A stretch of DNA of 64,000 nt from Phallusia mammillata. Taxonomy: Eukaryota. This document shows, in pieces, positions 1-13,100 of the stretch (position 1 is its first letter; every line of letters begins with the position of its first letter). The notes beneath the pieces are model-generated. The model had not been told where the DNA came from. It ran no database searches and was given only the letters and a program-made list of their open reading frames with translations. A program made the position numbers and the translations under genes. The stretch spans positions 20,026,001 through 20,090,000 of the forward strand of contig OZ281497.1 in assembly GCA_965637545.1 (NCBI GenBank), in the 5' to 3' direction.

Positions 1-2619
1 TGTACACCATATAGGTAATATACTGCAGTCACTTTTGCTTTCCTATTGGAAGGGTCATAAACTCTATTTGCCCTCTACGTAAAAGTGTTGCTTGTCAGTG
101 TACATACATTAATGGGCGTACATCGCGTTCCAAAATGGTGCCTGCTTCAATTATTAAATAACAAAAACGTATCCCCCGACCACATATTGTTACAGCCCCA
201 CTGTGATGTAATGAATTTTTAACGAAGGTCAATTACTACAGTGATCTTTTCAATACCAAACAACGTGGTAATTTGAATGCTCATACACAATGGAAAAGAC
301 TACGCACTGTTGATTTTTGCCATTAAGGCACCCACAATATACACGCTTTCTTGAAACTAACAAAGCATTGCTGAATTTTTTTGGAAATAAATAACCACAG
401 TCGTGTTATACATCAGTCTCAGCTGGAGGTGGGTGTTAGTTTTCAGGAGGAACATTTCTCAAAAAGCCAAAAAACATGTCGGCCCCAAAGGGAACAAATC
501 ATTGAAGTGTCGTTAGCGGCCCGCTTTGAAAATTGCGACAGGACTTGGGTTAAGTGACTTTACATGACGAAAGTGAAACCGATCGCCGTCTCCCCGCCCA
601 GACCCGGTCCCTGCGCTGCTTTGAAGCAAAGCATTGTCGTGGTGTAATGTTTCGGAATGCGACCAAACGAAACGACGCATAACAACCGTCCACCAACCCA
701 AAATACTTTGCACGTGTCAGCGAGAACTAAACCTATACAGGTGTAAACTTTATTAATGTAAAACCTACGGTAACGTGCAGTGTTTGTGCGAAGCTCTAGC
801 TTTTTCGTGCGTTTTGTGATTTTTATTTTCACAGAATCAAGCCTAAAATGGACAAAGGTTAGCTACCAATTAATATGTCTTAAAATATTCTACAAAATGT
901 CGGATTAAATTGTTGCATTATAGGAAAGAACCGCGCGATTAAATCTTTTTTGTGTTGGACCGGGACGTTTCAAATGTATTAAAAACATCGATGTTCTGGT
1001 TTCTGAAATCGGTGCCGAAGCAACAATGAAATCAATTGAAACGGATCAGTAGACATTCGACCAACCAGACAGTCCTGAGGTTTGGGAATCACTTTCTGTC
1101 AATACAATATCGTCACCTGGGGGCGATCAAGCGCAACGTTTATCAACATTGAGCCCAGCAACGGTCACTGAATAGACATTACCTCATGCCAAACAAGAAG
1201 CATCAAATGGGTAAGAACAGATTGTAGTATTTCAACAAATGTAGTACTTTAACACGTTTTGTCTATATTTGGGTTTTTGACAAATTTAGGTTCGTTTTAC
1301 TCCGAAGTGTTTGGAAAACAAACAAACACTTACTCCTTACATTATTGTGAGGTTTAGCTTGGAAAGAATGGTACATTCTCCCACAACAGCCCACGCGTTC
1401 ACGGCAAATCAACATAAGGGCCAAAGCGTTACAGACAACACAAAAAGATAACGAAAAAAAAGTATTTGGTTTGGCTAAAATGCCACTGTAGATAAACTGT
1501 CTTTACGTATACGCGTATGAGAGTCGATGGCTCATTGATATTGACAAGAAAAGAGAGAGGCAACAAACAGTTTCTAATGCTAACGTCATGGTAAAACGCT
1601 ATTAAAACTTCGCTTATTCGTTAGCGGACGTGCCAGAAGTCACGTGGACAACCACGGATCTAGCAACGATATACGATCGTGGCTTCAGTGCAAACGATGC
1701 GCTAATCGTTAGCTGGATAATCGATATATTGGCGTTTGATGATTTTGTCGTGATTATGCGCTCATACAGCGGTACATAAATCCTATATACTGGACGTCGC
1801 ATGACGATAGATATTGCCCGGATCAAGGTCTATTGATCGCGACGCGTACATCATTCCGGAGGGAGGGTTGGCTGCGAGCCGAGTAACTCCCATCGGTATA
1901 ATGCGAAATAAATATAGAGGCGCTCTGAAGACGGAGCTCCACTTAACAAGAGTGTGCAGGAGTGAGACCGCAAAGCTTCCAATATCAGAGGGTCGCTGAC
2001 CTGCTGCTTACCGATAAAAAGGTTCGCACGTGCCGAACGACCTCTTGCATTGTAACCAGCTGTTAAAATCACACTAGACTCCAAAATGCGAACCCAACCA
2101 TGCACTGTTGGCAAAAAAATCGAACCTGTTAAATCTAAATTCTGGCAAAAGTTGGCGGTTCCCCTAATGACACATTTATTACGACTATTGCTGTCCCTTT
2201 CACGCCCTTTGCCTGGACCCCAACGCCCTTTGCCTTGACCCCGATTCAATATCCAATACACAAAGGCAAATATACACAATAAAGAAGGGATTAACGTGGG
2301 CCGATGATGCAAGACAGAAGGTAGGGGCAGGCATTAACGGATTTTGGTCGGGTGGTTACAGTTTGAGAAATAAAGGCGGGACAAGACACTGAGGAGATGA
2401 AATTCAAGCCGCTAGTTCAAACCACAGTGATGCGTCATGTGAAAAAGGCTTTGTCAAGTTCAAGCATAAGTTCAGGGTTAAGAACGTCACGTATCCATTC
2501 AATGTTATGGACAGTTTTTTTTAGGTAAATCATCTTTATTTTTTTCAATATCAGGCATGTGTGAGAATGAGAGTGTTGCGGAATCTCGTTTAAGTAATGG
2601 CGTAATTGTGGAGGCAAAA

Positions 2620-2960
2620 AAACGGAAATTTGAAGCAATAAAATGCAATTTGGGTCATATTCCGTAGGGTTTGTGTTGTCAACAAACTTTGGCACAGAAA
2701 AGAACATCCCGACTTGCGTACATATGGGACCCTCCAATGTACACACCCTATACGTAGACAAAGAAAAACGTCAACAAACACAGGCAAGCGATGCGTTGGG
2801 TCACGCAACATTATCCCCAACGCGCAAACATCATATCTTCCGCGATACAGGACAAATAAAAGACCATCGGATGGTGTGGCTTGGAAAAACAAGACATTGT
2901 GTCGATCATCGCCGGCATCGCAAACTACCAATACAATGGACATTCCTAATTTTGTGATGC
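2620..2960 (+). mobile_element. Decayed non-LTR retrotransposon (LINE, CR1/L2/Jockey-like) fragment, region C-terminal to the RT core
   Basis: Frame-switching translation gives NAIWVIFRR..., then LAYIWDPPMYTPYT*TKKNVNKHRQAMRWVTQHYPQRANIISSAIQDK*KTIGW. This resembles the LINE ORF2 pattern 'YAspVWDP..kknInkLE..QRrAaRwVt..y....s.t.ml..LgW'. It contains stops and frameshifts; boundaries are approximate. Confidence 0.55.
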
Positions 2961-5900
2961 GACGCGATCGGAAGTTGTCGGTCGTCAAAGCGATATGCTT
3001 TTTAGGGAAATATTAAACGTCGGTCGCGTAACTTGTTACTACACAGAAATCATATTAGGACTGAAGTTGGTAAGAAATCACATTGGAACGATTGGCCAAC
3101 ATAAATTGAGATCCCAAATTTAACAGAAGATTTTCATAACCATTGCTGAAGTGTAAGCAAGACCATCGGGAACCATTAGTTCAAATGTAACTTTTTTCAT
3201 GTTGCAACATGGACCTAGTTTATGTGAAGTGATATGTATTCTTTATGTCACTTTTAGGTCTTTAACGTGCAGGGTTTGAATAAATGATATTTGAGTGTTA
3301 CTGCAGGTCAACTTCAATTCTCCCTCCAAGCTTTAATCATATCACCACAACCTAGTTTGCAACAGGGTTGAATACACGATAGCGGTCGTGTGGTATTTGT
3401 TACAACGTCTGCACCGCTAACTCAAAACTGTCCTGTTATTTAGGTACTTTTCAGCGCGACAGGATGGCAAACACATGCAGGGTCGGCGATGTCCTTTACT
3501 CCACACGTTTATCGTCTTAAACGTCTCGTGCATGAGCAACACCAGACGGGTAGACACCCCTCTTCAGACAAAGCAATTGTAACTGCGACATTGTGTATTT
3601 GTTGAAGGATGTTTGTTGGTGGAGAACGGCACACGACCTTTGGGCAAAAAGCGCTTTGCTCGAACCGAACATTCCAGGCCTAGTGAATTCGCGTGGTAAA
3701 GTTAACGTAGCCTGCTTTGCATTTTGCGACAGGGTTTTCAAAGGCTTCTCGCTTGTACAGTCACGTTGTGCTGTAATAGTTCAAGTCAAGTGACCCTAGG
3801 GTAAGGTTAGGTTAAGGTTTAAATAAAACATTCGGAAAGCGTTAAAATTAGTCGATATTTTTTTCATTTATTTTTATTGACTAAAAAGTTTGGGGAAACA
3901 TATTTTCTTACAATTGGCCTTCGGTATTAACATGTGCCGACAGTAAGGTGTTAAAAGCAACATTTATTAGGATTAAAGAGTTGTAGGGCCACTGGCTCTT
4001 TTAAGGTGAGGTTCTGTCCGTCTTCGTCATTCGTGTTCGGTCAGTTGACACAACAAGTCGAATACACGAAATTTTCGCGTGGGACGACACTTCCCTCAAT
4101 GAATCGCACGGGAAGAAAACCAACACGGCAACACTTAAAGCGAGGTGCCCCGGTATTGTCAGGTGAAACAGATCCGATTCGCAACAATGCCGCGTCCCTT
4201 TGTCTTTTGTCCCATAAAAGCTCCACTGCCAGGTATTTGCTGACACGAGAACGAATATTTTCCAAATCGTTCTTATTCAACATAAAATTAATCAACAGTC
4301 TTTAAAACGATCTTGCCAGGCGATCACATAGCGAAAACATACACTTTTACATTATTCATTTTTAGGAGCACAAGCGTTGTGGTCAAATGCTGTCGGTGAA
4401 ACAGAGCGGCAAAGCTTTTTGTCGCATTAAAGGCTGTCGACCACACAACACACGGCACGCGTTTGAAGTTCTGACAAGTCAGATCAAACACGTCACGAGG
4501 TGCATGACACCACTGGAAAGCAGCTGATGTCATACTAATCAAAGTAAGGGTCATTACAAGGTTGAGTAATGGAAAGACGAGAAAGATCCCATGCATCAAT
4601 TCACAGTTGTTATCTGGTTTTAGCAGTCGGCGTAATCAATGAATAAGTTGCTAATAGTCTTTAAACTACGACTGTGGCCATAATACGGAACGTGTCAAGA
4701 GACATTATTGGCTCAAATTGAGAAACAAACTTTGGTCGTATTTATGAATAGGTTTGATGCAAGCAAATTTGAGCTAAAATGCTGCGGTATGTTGTTCCCT
4801 GCTAAACACAAAGAATTTTTGATTGACAGCCGATCGCAATCCCAAATTTGCGAGTTCCAAAGCACTGGAGCGAAACCGGAAATCGGACGGAAGTTCGCTT
4901 CAGGGTGTGTTGGGGCCCAAACAGGTAAAATGTCATGGAATCATCGAAATGGAACCGCTCACAAAACGAACTGAAATTGACGCCGTTGAGCTTTATGCCC
5001 ATCCGCGCAGAACGTGAATAATAAAAGGTGGACTGGAAAAAATCCTTTATCGTATTCTCGCGCCATTCCTGAACTATAGACATACCCCGCAATGAGAATT
5101 CTATGATTCACGTGGTCTAGCAAGTGCACTCGGCCGTGACCGACACAATGTGTGATGACGTAACCTGACATTGCAGAAGTGACGCGCCCCCGCGACTTTC
5201 CTTCTTGGGTTATGTGGTGGGTTGGGTAAATACCGATGCGAAATTACACTGACATCACTCCACACCCAAGCTGGCTTCACATAACGTTACAAATCTTCAT
5301 TTTCCGTTGTGCTGGTCTGACCTTGTTCAACGCTTTACTATCTGCCTCGAAAAACTTCAAACGTCAAAATATTAGTTTCACAACTAAAGTCTCGAGATGC
5401 TATGGTTCAATAAGTTTGTTTGTAAAAAATAGCAACTGAATCAACGCCTGTTTTGCTGCTTTTTCGACGAATTTTTGACAAATTTCTTCTATTAACTGTT
5501 CTAATAAAAGAAGGCTAATCCATTCTGTTGCCCATCAACACGGGCACAGATAAGGCATGGTCAAGTCAAAAAAGAGAAAATTTCCATTAATGTGTATGGC
5601 AAATCGCCTTGGTTAAAAAATCGGACTCGAGTCGAATGAAAAAGACGAGTCTCCCTAACACAACTTCGATGAGCTGTGAATGCTTTATGTTAAACACATA
5701 CAACGTTGGACAAACAACTAAACCGGCCAAGCTGTGCAAATCTTGGAAAATCCATGCATGACTTGGAAATCCATCAATATACTGTGAAAGGTGAAATGTA
5801 ACAAAGTAAAAAGTTGGAAACCAGGTCAAATATCATTTAGCAAGAGCAATTTTCGCACTTACATCATAATGAAATTTGATACCAAGAACATTCCGATTGA

Positions 5901-8900
5901 ATTGTCATTCAGAGAAACGCATGTGACGATTTCGACGCCGTCAGCCAACAGAGAAACGTGAAAAAAACAGCGGGCAATTTTCAGATCTAACCTGCTTTAT
6001 GCTAGGCCATGTATTTTGTCATCGACGACAAACTAAGCAAAAAAGACACGGCAGTCTTTGATGCGGCCCGTCGATCCCCCAGCAATTGCGTTGTGGTAGA
6101 GTTCCAATCATGGCGCGGTAGATGCAAATATTTTAATGGTGCTGAAATCCGATGCCAAAACAACACAGCGGCGTCAGGACAGGCCTGAAAAATCACCACC
6201 CACCGAAGTTGAAAGCTTCGGTCGCAAGTTGAACGAGGTAGTCCGCAAATTGCCCTTGCCACTGCGTCAAGAAGGCGAGCGGTTCTCCGCGCCCATTATC
6301 TCATTTCGATCGCGGCGATAAAAAAGCAATTGCCCGCCGCCAGATTGCGCAAAATGACGGGCGTTTTTGGCCATCTTTACACCACTTGCTTGCTGCGAGA
6401 GCTTCACCTGGGGCTACGCGAAAAAGCGGAGAGCTGGAGTGTGATGATTGGGCTGGAAAGTGCTCCTCAAGGCCTCTCGAAGACTCAAGCGAACTAAGGA
6501 CCCTCTACAAGCGCGACACACGATTCTTATGTTGATACTTTGTCGCCGTACGCAAATACTCAAGAACTTTTAACGACAGTTAATTTAGTATTTCATTCAT
6601 AGTGTAGTAGTGTGAGTCCATAACACAATTTTTGGTAAATACCTCAAAAACCTTTTTGTTAGGTTGTTGATTAGAACCGCAGCGTTAAGATATAGAAGCA
6701 AGGTAAAAATGACATTTTGCGATAACATGGCATCCAAGATGTATATATTTCTAAAACCAAACAAATATTTTTCATTAACATAAAAAATCCAGTCCATTTT
6801 GAGCACTATAGTCGTGAAATTATGTACGATTTTCTTTTTTGCCGTTGTAAGCAAAGTATTTGGGATCGATTCTCCTTGGTACAATCCATCAAGGCATAAA
6901 TTTTACCCATATTTGCATTGTTACTCAATAAACATATCGTTATGCGGCGGTAATACTTTGTTTTATGCCGCCTTTTCGACTAGTTTGTTTGCTTGGCCCA
7001 TATTGGCTCGAGCCGGCCCGTTCCGTAGACCTCCCGGTGTGCGTACGGTAATGGACACAAACAAAGGACGCTGCTGGTCAAATATTAACCAGATAACAAT
7101 AGTATAACAAGCACACGCCGACCGAGATAGAACTGAAACTGTTTTTAAGACGAAATTCGAAGAATAGCTGAACCACTATAGTGCAGGATGACCGAGTTTT
7201 AGATAAATGCCTGCAGCTAACCAGAAACGCATTGCTGCTCACCGCGTTAACATTCCTATTGCAATCTATGTCTGATATTTTGATCTAGGGCAAACTTATT
7301 TGGGACGACAAAACATACCACTATCTTCAAAGACTTAATGTACAATAAAAAGTGGAAAATACAAGTTGATATCGATGTTGGTCAGGAAATCCTAACAAAT
7401 TCGCTGATTGTTTACACTCCACACCACAACATGACATTTTGACTTAAATGTCAATGCCAAGTTTAACATCAGCTTGCGGTCCAGAAACGCAATGCACGTT
7501 TTACTCTGTATCCGGATTGGATTGAACAACACCTAATTTTACGCAAGAAACGCCAAAAGCAACACAGGAGGCTTCGCATCATAAACATGGCATAATACCA
7601 ACGGGAACATAAAGGAAAATGAACCGGAAATTTGTTTCATTTATATCGCAATACCAAGGATATAGTGTGTCAACAAGGCACTAAATCCTGAGCGACAAAG
7701 CATATTTGAATTAATATAATTCCAACGTAACAATATCGAATGTACATAGAACCTAAATATGAAGTCTTAACGGCAACAGCAACATGAATTTCAGTTTCGG
7801 TAAAACGTGGAAGGAAAAATTTCTGGCGGATTAAGAATTTCCAGTCCCGCGGGATTGTCGCAGAAACGAAGTGAATTCGAGAAATGGACTTGGACGCAGC
7901 GAAACCGGTTTCCCGCTAAGCTAGAAAATGAAGACGAACGGAGGCGACGACGTCTCTACGACACAACCCGTTGGGGTTGCAATATCAAGCGTGGAAATCA
8001 AATTCCAATTGAATCCATACAACGGCGTCACAGTAGCAGTCTTTCAACGCAACGGGGGTCTTAAATATTGTCTCCACTTGTGTTATGAAATATGAGTAGT
8101 AGGTTTTAGAGCTGTGGGAATGCCGGGTTGTCATTGGTATGTGTACTTAATGCGTGCGCGTGGGTAATATGACACAGTAATGTGCTAAAATGCAAATAAA
8201 ATGACACATATTCTGCAGTGTTTGTAAAGGCTATAATATCTGTCTTGCTGTCTTCCACCTAACGACAGGTTTTCACTCTTTTTTTTTACTCCTTGGCATA
8301 TTTTGATGGCAAATTTTCCCCCAATTTATTTCACATGCTAAAACTTTTGCGCATTTTTATTTATCTTTAAGCATAATAAATCAACCATGTTGATAAACTC
8401 TAATCTAACAGTTTAAAACCCGTAATAATTGGATACGTAGTCCAGGGACAAGGTGTCAACGCAAAGCAGAAAAAGACCATCTTACAAGACTGTGCGAGGC
8501 ATCCAAAGTACATAAATGTGAAAGATAATGAATCCTAAACGCACAAAAATGATAAATCGCTTGCATAAAGTCAATCCTTCGTCTACTTCATTTCGCAATT
8601 ATCGGGCGTCGAAGGTTCCGATTGAAATCGAGATGGCGTGTTTATTAATCCGTGTAATAACGCGTGATTGCAATCAAGGGACACGCGAACCGAATAAAAT
8701 CATTAATCAATAAATCAATCCAATTTTATTTTTGAAAGACAAACTTGTATAATGATCGCGATAAAACTTTAGTTTGAACCAAAGCCTGTTGCTTCTTAAA
8801 CAATCAGAAACTAATTGGCCATAAATTCTATTTGAATTAGAATTTGCAAAAGGTCGTTAAGGAAAAAACATACATATTCGTATTTACGATGTTCGCTGTT

Positions 8901-9856
8901 TTGTTAAACTTATCCTTTTATATTTAAGTGACTGAACCAAGTAATCGTTCAAAAAAGAAAAATCAAATACGATCAAATTTAATTCTAGCATTGAATTTCG
9001 TTACCAAACACGACACACTGGCTTTGCAAACGATTATTTCACGACACACTGGCGTGCACAGTTTGAAAATGACTGACTTTAAAGGCCACAAACTTGGTTC
9101 TTCACAAACTCATGGTTTAAGTAAAGCGTTTTTTTTTATATCAAGGGGTTAACCACAACAAGTTTGCTACGTTGTTTTTTATCAGTGATTGCCTCATGCC
9201 GTGAGGTTATTATCGGATAGACACGAGTGGTCAATATCACGATATTAATCCAGCTTGTAGCAAGGGGCTCAGCACCCAATACGGCAGTAACTCAATATCG
9301 CGACTATTCAGATATGAAATCCCCATGAAAACCTCAGCTACTTCAGCCTCCGAAAGCGCACAACAGGCTGGGTACCTTGTGTTCAGTATGTTAATGGACA
9401 CATTTTGGAACCCCTCGATACCAAGGGCTATTGATTTGTGTGAAGTGTGCGAAAACATGATTTGACGGACGGTTTTCCATGGAGTGTCTTGTGAGAGTCG
9501 AGTGGCCAGCTCGCCAGGCTGCTCACTAATCCAGTAAATTAAATTTCGCGTATAGATCGAAGTGTATAAGAATCAATAGGATTTTGGCCAGTTCCGTTTT
9601 ACGGCCCCGCGGGGAGGTTTTATTCGACCTTAATACCATTGGCTTGGTCAATTGTTTTCGATATATCGGAAACGTCTATAGACGTTTGGCAATAACAAGA
9701 GCCCGGGTTAAGGATAAAAGGGCCATAAGTCGCTTAACAGGATAAAGGGTCATTTCGAAAATACGTTTTAACATTTGCGATTTTTTTAATCAAGCATTTT
9801 TTGCGGTCTTTTTTAACTTTAAAATCAGATCGTAAAAATTCGTGTAATTTTCATAC

Positions 9857-10189
9857 CTGAATCTGGTGCTCTTCAGTAACTTGCAGGTTTTCTTTTGTGA
9901 AAATGTTCTTCAGCGACTGATTAAACACTTTTCCAGTCACCGCCGTGAAGTCGCATGAATGTTCCGTCCACTCTTCAACCCCAGGAAAAGCCTCGTTGTC
10001 CGACGGCGAACTACTTGTCCAAACCCCGCTGAGCCACGACAAAAAACCGGTGTCGGTGGCCTGTGCGAATGTGCTTGATGCAGACAATGTCAAAATCATT
10101 GCTAAGCAGATTAGGAACTTGTTTCCTTCAAGGCGGACTCCGTGCGCCCACTTAAAAGCAAACTTGCGCCGTGACGTAAAATCCATCAT
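9857..10189 (-). CDS. Candidate first coding exon of an unidentified secreted/membrane protein
   Basis: 111 codons starting at ATG 10189, preceded by an acceptor (ctttgacacag| at 10200-10201) and ending at a good donor (CAG|gtatga, 9856). It has a hydrophobic signal-like stretch KFLICLAMILTLSASSTFAQA and an NQS sequon. No homology recognised; downstream exons are uncertain (possibly 9675-9637 and ~9520-9240). Confidence 0.4.
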
Positions 10190-13100
10190 CGCGTTATCTC
10201 TGTGTCAAAGTTCAATTTTTCTTGCTTCGTTGGTGGTTTTGGTTAACTTCACTTTAATATCTAGTATATGGGGACAGCATTACATGACCCAAAGAAAAAC
10301 AAAGTCCTACAGCCGATAAAAACAAAAGTGATAACGGCAAAAATGAAACACGAGTTGATAATCATAAAATAAACATTTGTCGACTGGAAATATTTTCCAA
10401 CTTACTTTCTACTATACTTGTTTGTCTACGATTTTATGTTTAGTTGCAACGAGTCATCAGTTATAAATCCCTACGTAAAATCTGTTAACCTCGATTTAAG
10501 AGCTAACAGTAAAACACGCATGGCTGCCTCCTTAAGCACCAGCCAATATCTAGTTGCCACCGATTCGGAAATGGTTTCACACAAATTGAGAATCCGACAA
10601 AGCACCTATCGAGTCTTTTCTCGGAGGAAAACAATATAATTTTCCACCCGGACGCCTCGGTGCTATTGACGTTCGATTTCTTGGTGCGAACTGGTCATGT
10701 TATAGCGAGCACACCCGATGACACATCAAAGATGGCCGAATCATCAACCTCCGTTTTGTTTCCGTGCTACATGTGGGCGTGTTTTCGCAATATCCACGTA
10801 ATTGAGTTTCAACTTCCGACCTCCTTTTCATTCATGCCCACAAACAGAAACAGTGTGAGTTGCTGAAGCGTGAAGTTAAAGGTGGGTTGCTACATTTTTA
10901 AAAGGTGATAAATTTTAAAGGAGCTTGTTACACAATAATTTACTTAATACTTTGGCCTAAAGATTGAAGGAATTGTAAAATTCATTCCTTTTGAGCAATT
11001 ACTTGCGGAAGCTATAAAATTGAACTAAAACACGTTCTGTAGAACACAATACGCGACACAATACTGATGAGGAGCTTGTACTTTCGCAAGAATTATCATC
11101 GTGATTGGCATAACAGCGGTTTTGTACATCCGTTGCGGTGATACAAGAGCGACTTTAGCACATACTTGCCAGCCACAGTCAATCACACTTTACACTTTAC
11201 AGCATATTTGCGGTCGCATACCAGTTATACCCAACAGTGCGATTTTAAGCAAACGTCCTTGGATCGCAGGCGACCCGGTTGCAAGAGACTGTTGGTGTCA
11301 ACGAACCATTTAGGAGAATCTTAACACGCTAAAAGCCGGCGCCGACATGTTTATTGCGCATTATACGACCAGGCGAGGGGCGACGTCCTCTAAAGCAGCT
11401 GTCAGCAGCCGCAATTCACATCCTTTGGAATGCTAACCAACGTACCATCAAAGCGGACAAAGGCAGGCTTAGCAAACAGAGGTTGATTTTTTAGCAAGAA
11501 ATTTCATTTTAGTGCCTTGCTTACGGCCGACAGAGCCGAATGCTCGAAAGGTCTGTGTGTTGTGGCAGGTATGTCAACGTAGTCAATGGGGCTGTAACCC
11601 GTTTTGATCGGAAATTTATCGCCGTTTAAACACTCGGCGATAAACAAATGGAACAGTGCCGCGCTTGAAAAATGTCATGACCCCTTTTGAACACCATTCC
11701 AGAAATTCGTCTGAACACTTATTCGTCATCATAAGGGTGGATGTAATTTGCGAACCCGCGATTATACCAACGTTGTTGTTTCGTTAAATTTAAGTACACC
11801 AGTTTTAGGTTTTGGGTATGTGGTATATTAGGTAACTAACGATTCAAACAGAAATTCCAATTTACCGAATTGTGATTTAATTTTAACAAAAATAGGCTTT
11901 CGTAGTTTCTAAATTACGACCTTAGCGCTCCACCCAGACTAACAACAGTCGGAACACTGTTGGAATTTAACGCTATTAACACCTGTGCAAATCCCGACTT
12001 TTCGCCGCAGGAAACAGGCTAATTCTTCAGGTCTTAATGAGTTTACTGTGTCGACCGCATCTTGAACCTACTAGGTAACAGCTGGAATCCAAAGTAACCC
12101 ATGCGGAACGGCCTGACTCAGTGACCTACGCTTGGTGCCAAAAAGTTTCACACTGTTGAGTATGTTCATTAATTCCAGGTTATTTTAACATGAGTGAAAT
12201 ATGGAAATGTGTAGCGATGCGTGGCTATAAACACGATTTTAGCTTCACGCAACTGAGCTGAAAACCACATTCCCCCTGACAATGGTGTAACATTGAAGAG
12301 AGGTTACTATGTCTTTCGACACTGCACGAACGCGCAAGGCAGTACTGTACGATTATTACAGCAAAGCTTTTACACAAAACAACGGGAAAGACCTTTACTT
12401 AAGTGGGCCTTCGACTGAATAAAGTGTCTGCAAAGTCATTTTTTTTAATGTGCTAATTTTTTACGGAAACAAAGGTATATTTGTGACGTTTTTAACATAC
12501 ATTTTACAAGGTAAAATCCTGTAAAACGAAAATTACCAACCAAATGAACACATACATTTGCGACAGGCAAATCCAACCGAAAAAGTCATTTTGGGTGGCC
12601 AAATTCGGCCATCGGCAAACACGTACACCTGGTAGCATGAGGGGAGAGTTGCCGAACAACGTCACCAGATAGCTTCTTATTTGTGTTCGAAATCGGATTA
12701 CGTTACTCAGTGGTAAAGCCTAACCCCGCTACCATACACGACTTCTCTGGTTGCTGTTGCAATTACTGAAAACACTACTTTGGGCGATCAAAAGCTACTC
12801 TGAAACCAGGTTTCAAAGTTGAGGGCGCCGTCTGCGTTTGTTTGTCACAGCAGATATCAGGGGAGGGAATTAGCTGGCGAAAATGCATTTTTCAAAAAAT
12901 TTTAGACTCTTCAATTTGCCTGTGTTAGCCGCTATCAAAACAGTAAAAATGCACTTCACCATGTCATTTTAACTGTTTTATTTTTCGATTAAAAGTTCCT
13001 ATTAGACTTCTCACTGTATTAACAAATATTGCACTTTCAGCAGATTTTTATTGTAAAGAAATGACGCAACGTCGTCCCATCATCGTGATGTTGGCACATT

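Noticed and set aside
1620-2300. Interrupted frame with IYDRGF and LAFDDFVV, superficially like DDE transposase or RT motifs
   Set aside because: Isolated short matches with no ordered motif series.
3794-3820. Telomere-like ccctagggtaaggttaggttaaggtt
   Set aside because: Only 3-4 degenerate units; not a telomeric array.
3520-4300. Minus-strand fragments recalling a trypsin protease (DAALLRI; STCCVN*PNTNDEDGQNLTLKE) and a sushi domain (CKAGY...VVCRSPP)
   Set aside because: No TAAHC or GDSGGP motifs, multiple stops and no splice model; too weak to call without an HMM search.
8825-8840. attctatttgaattag, 15/16 match to the Ciona spliced leader as I recall it (ATTCTATTTGAATAAG)
   Set aside because: No GT donor follows and no SL RNA body or Sm site is visible. 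It lies in an AT-rich inverted repeat (AATTCTA...TAGAATT) and is likely chance.
9670-9687. Perfect 18-bp palindrome aaacgtctatagacgttt
   Set aside because: Roughly 64000/4^9 (about 0.25, higher with AT bias) are expected by chance in this window.
9945-10319. 124-aa plus-strand ORF
   Set aside because: Antisense shadow of the minus-strand signal-peptide exon; no features of its own.
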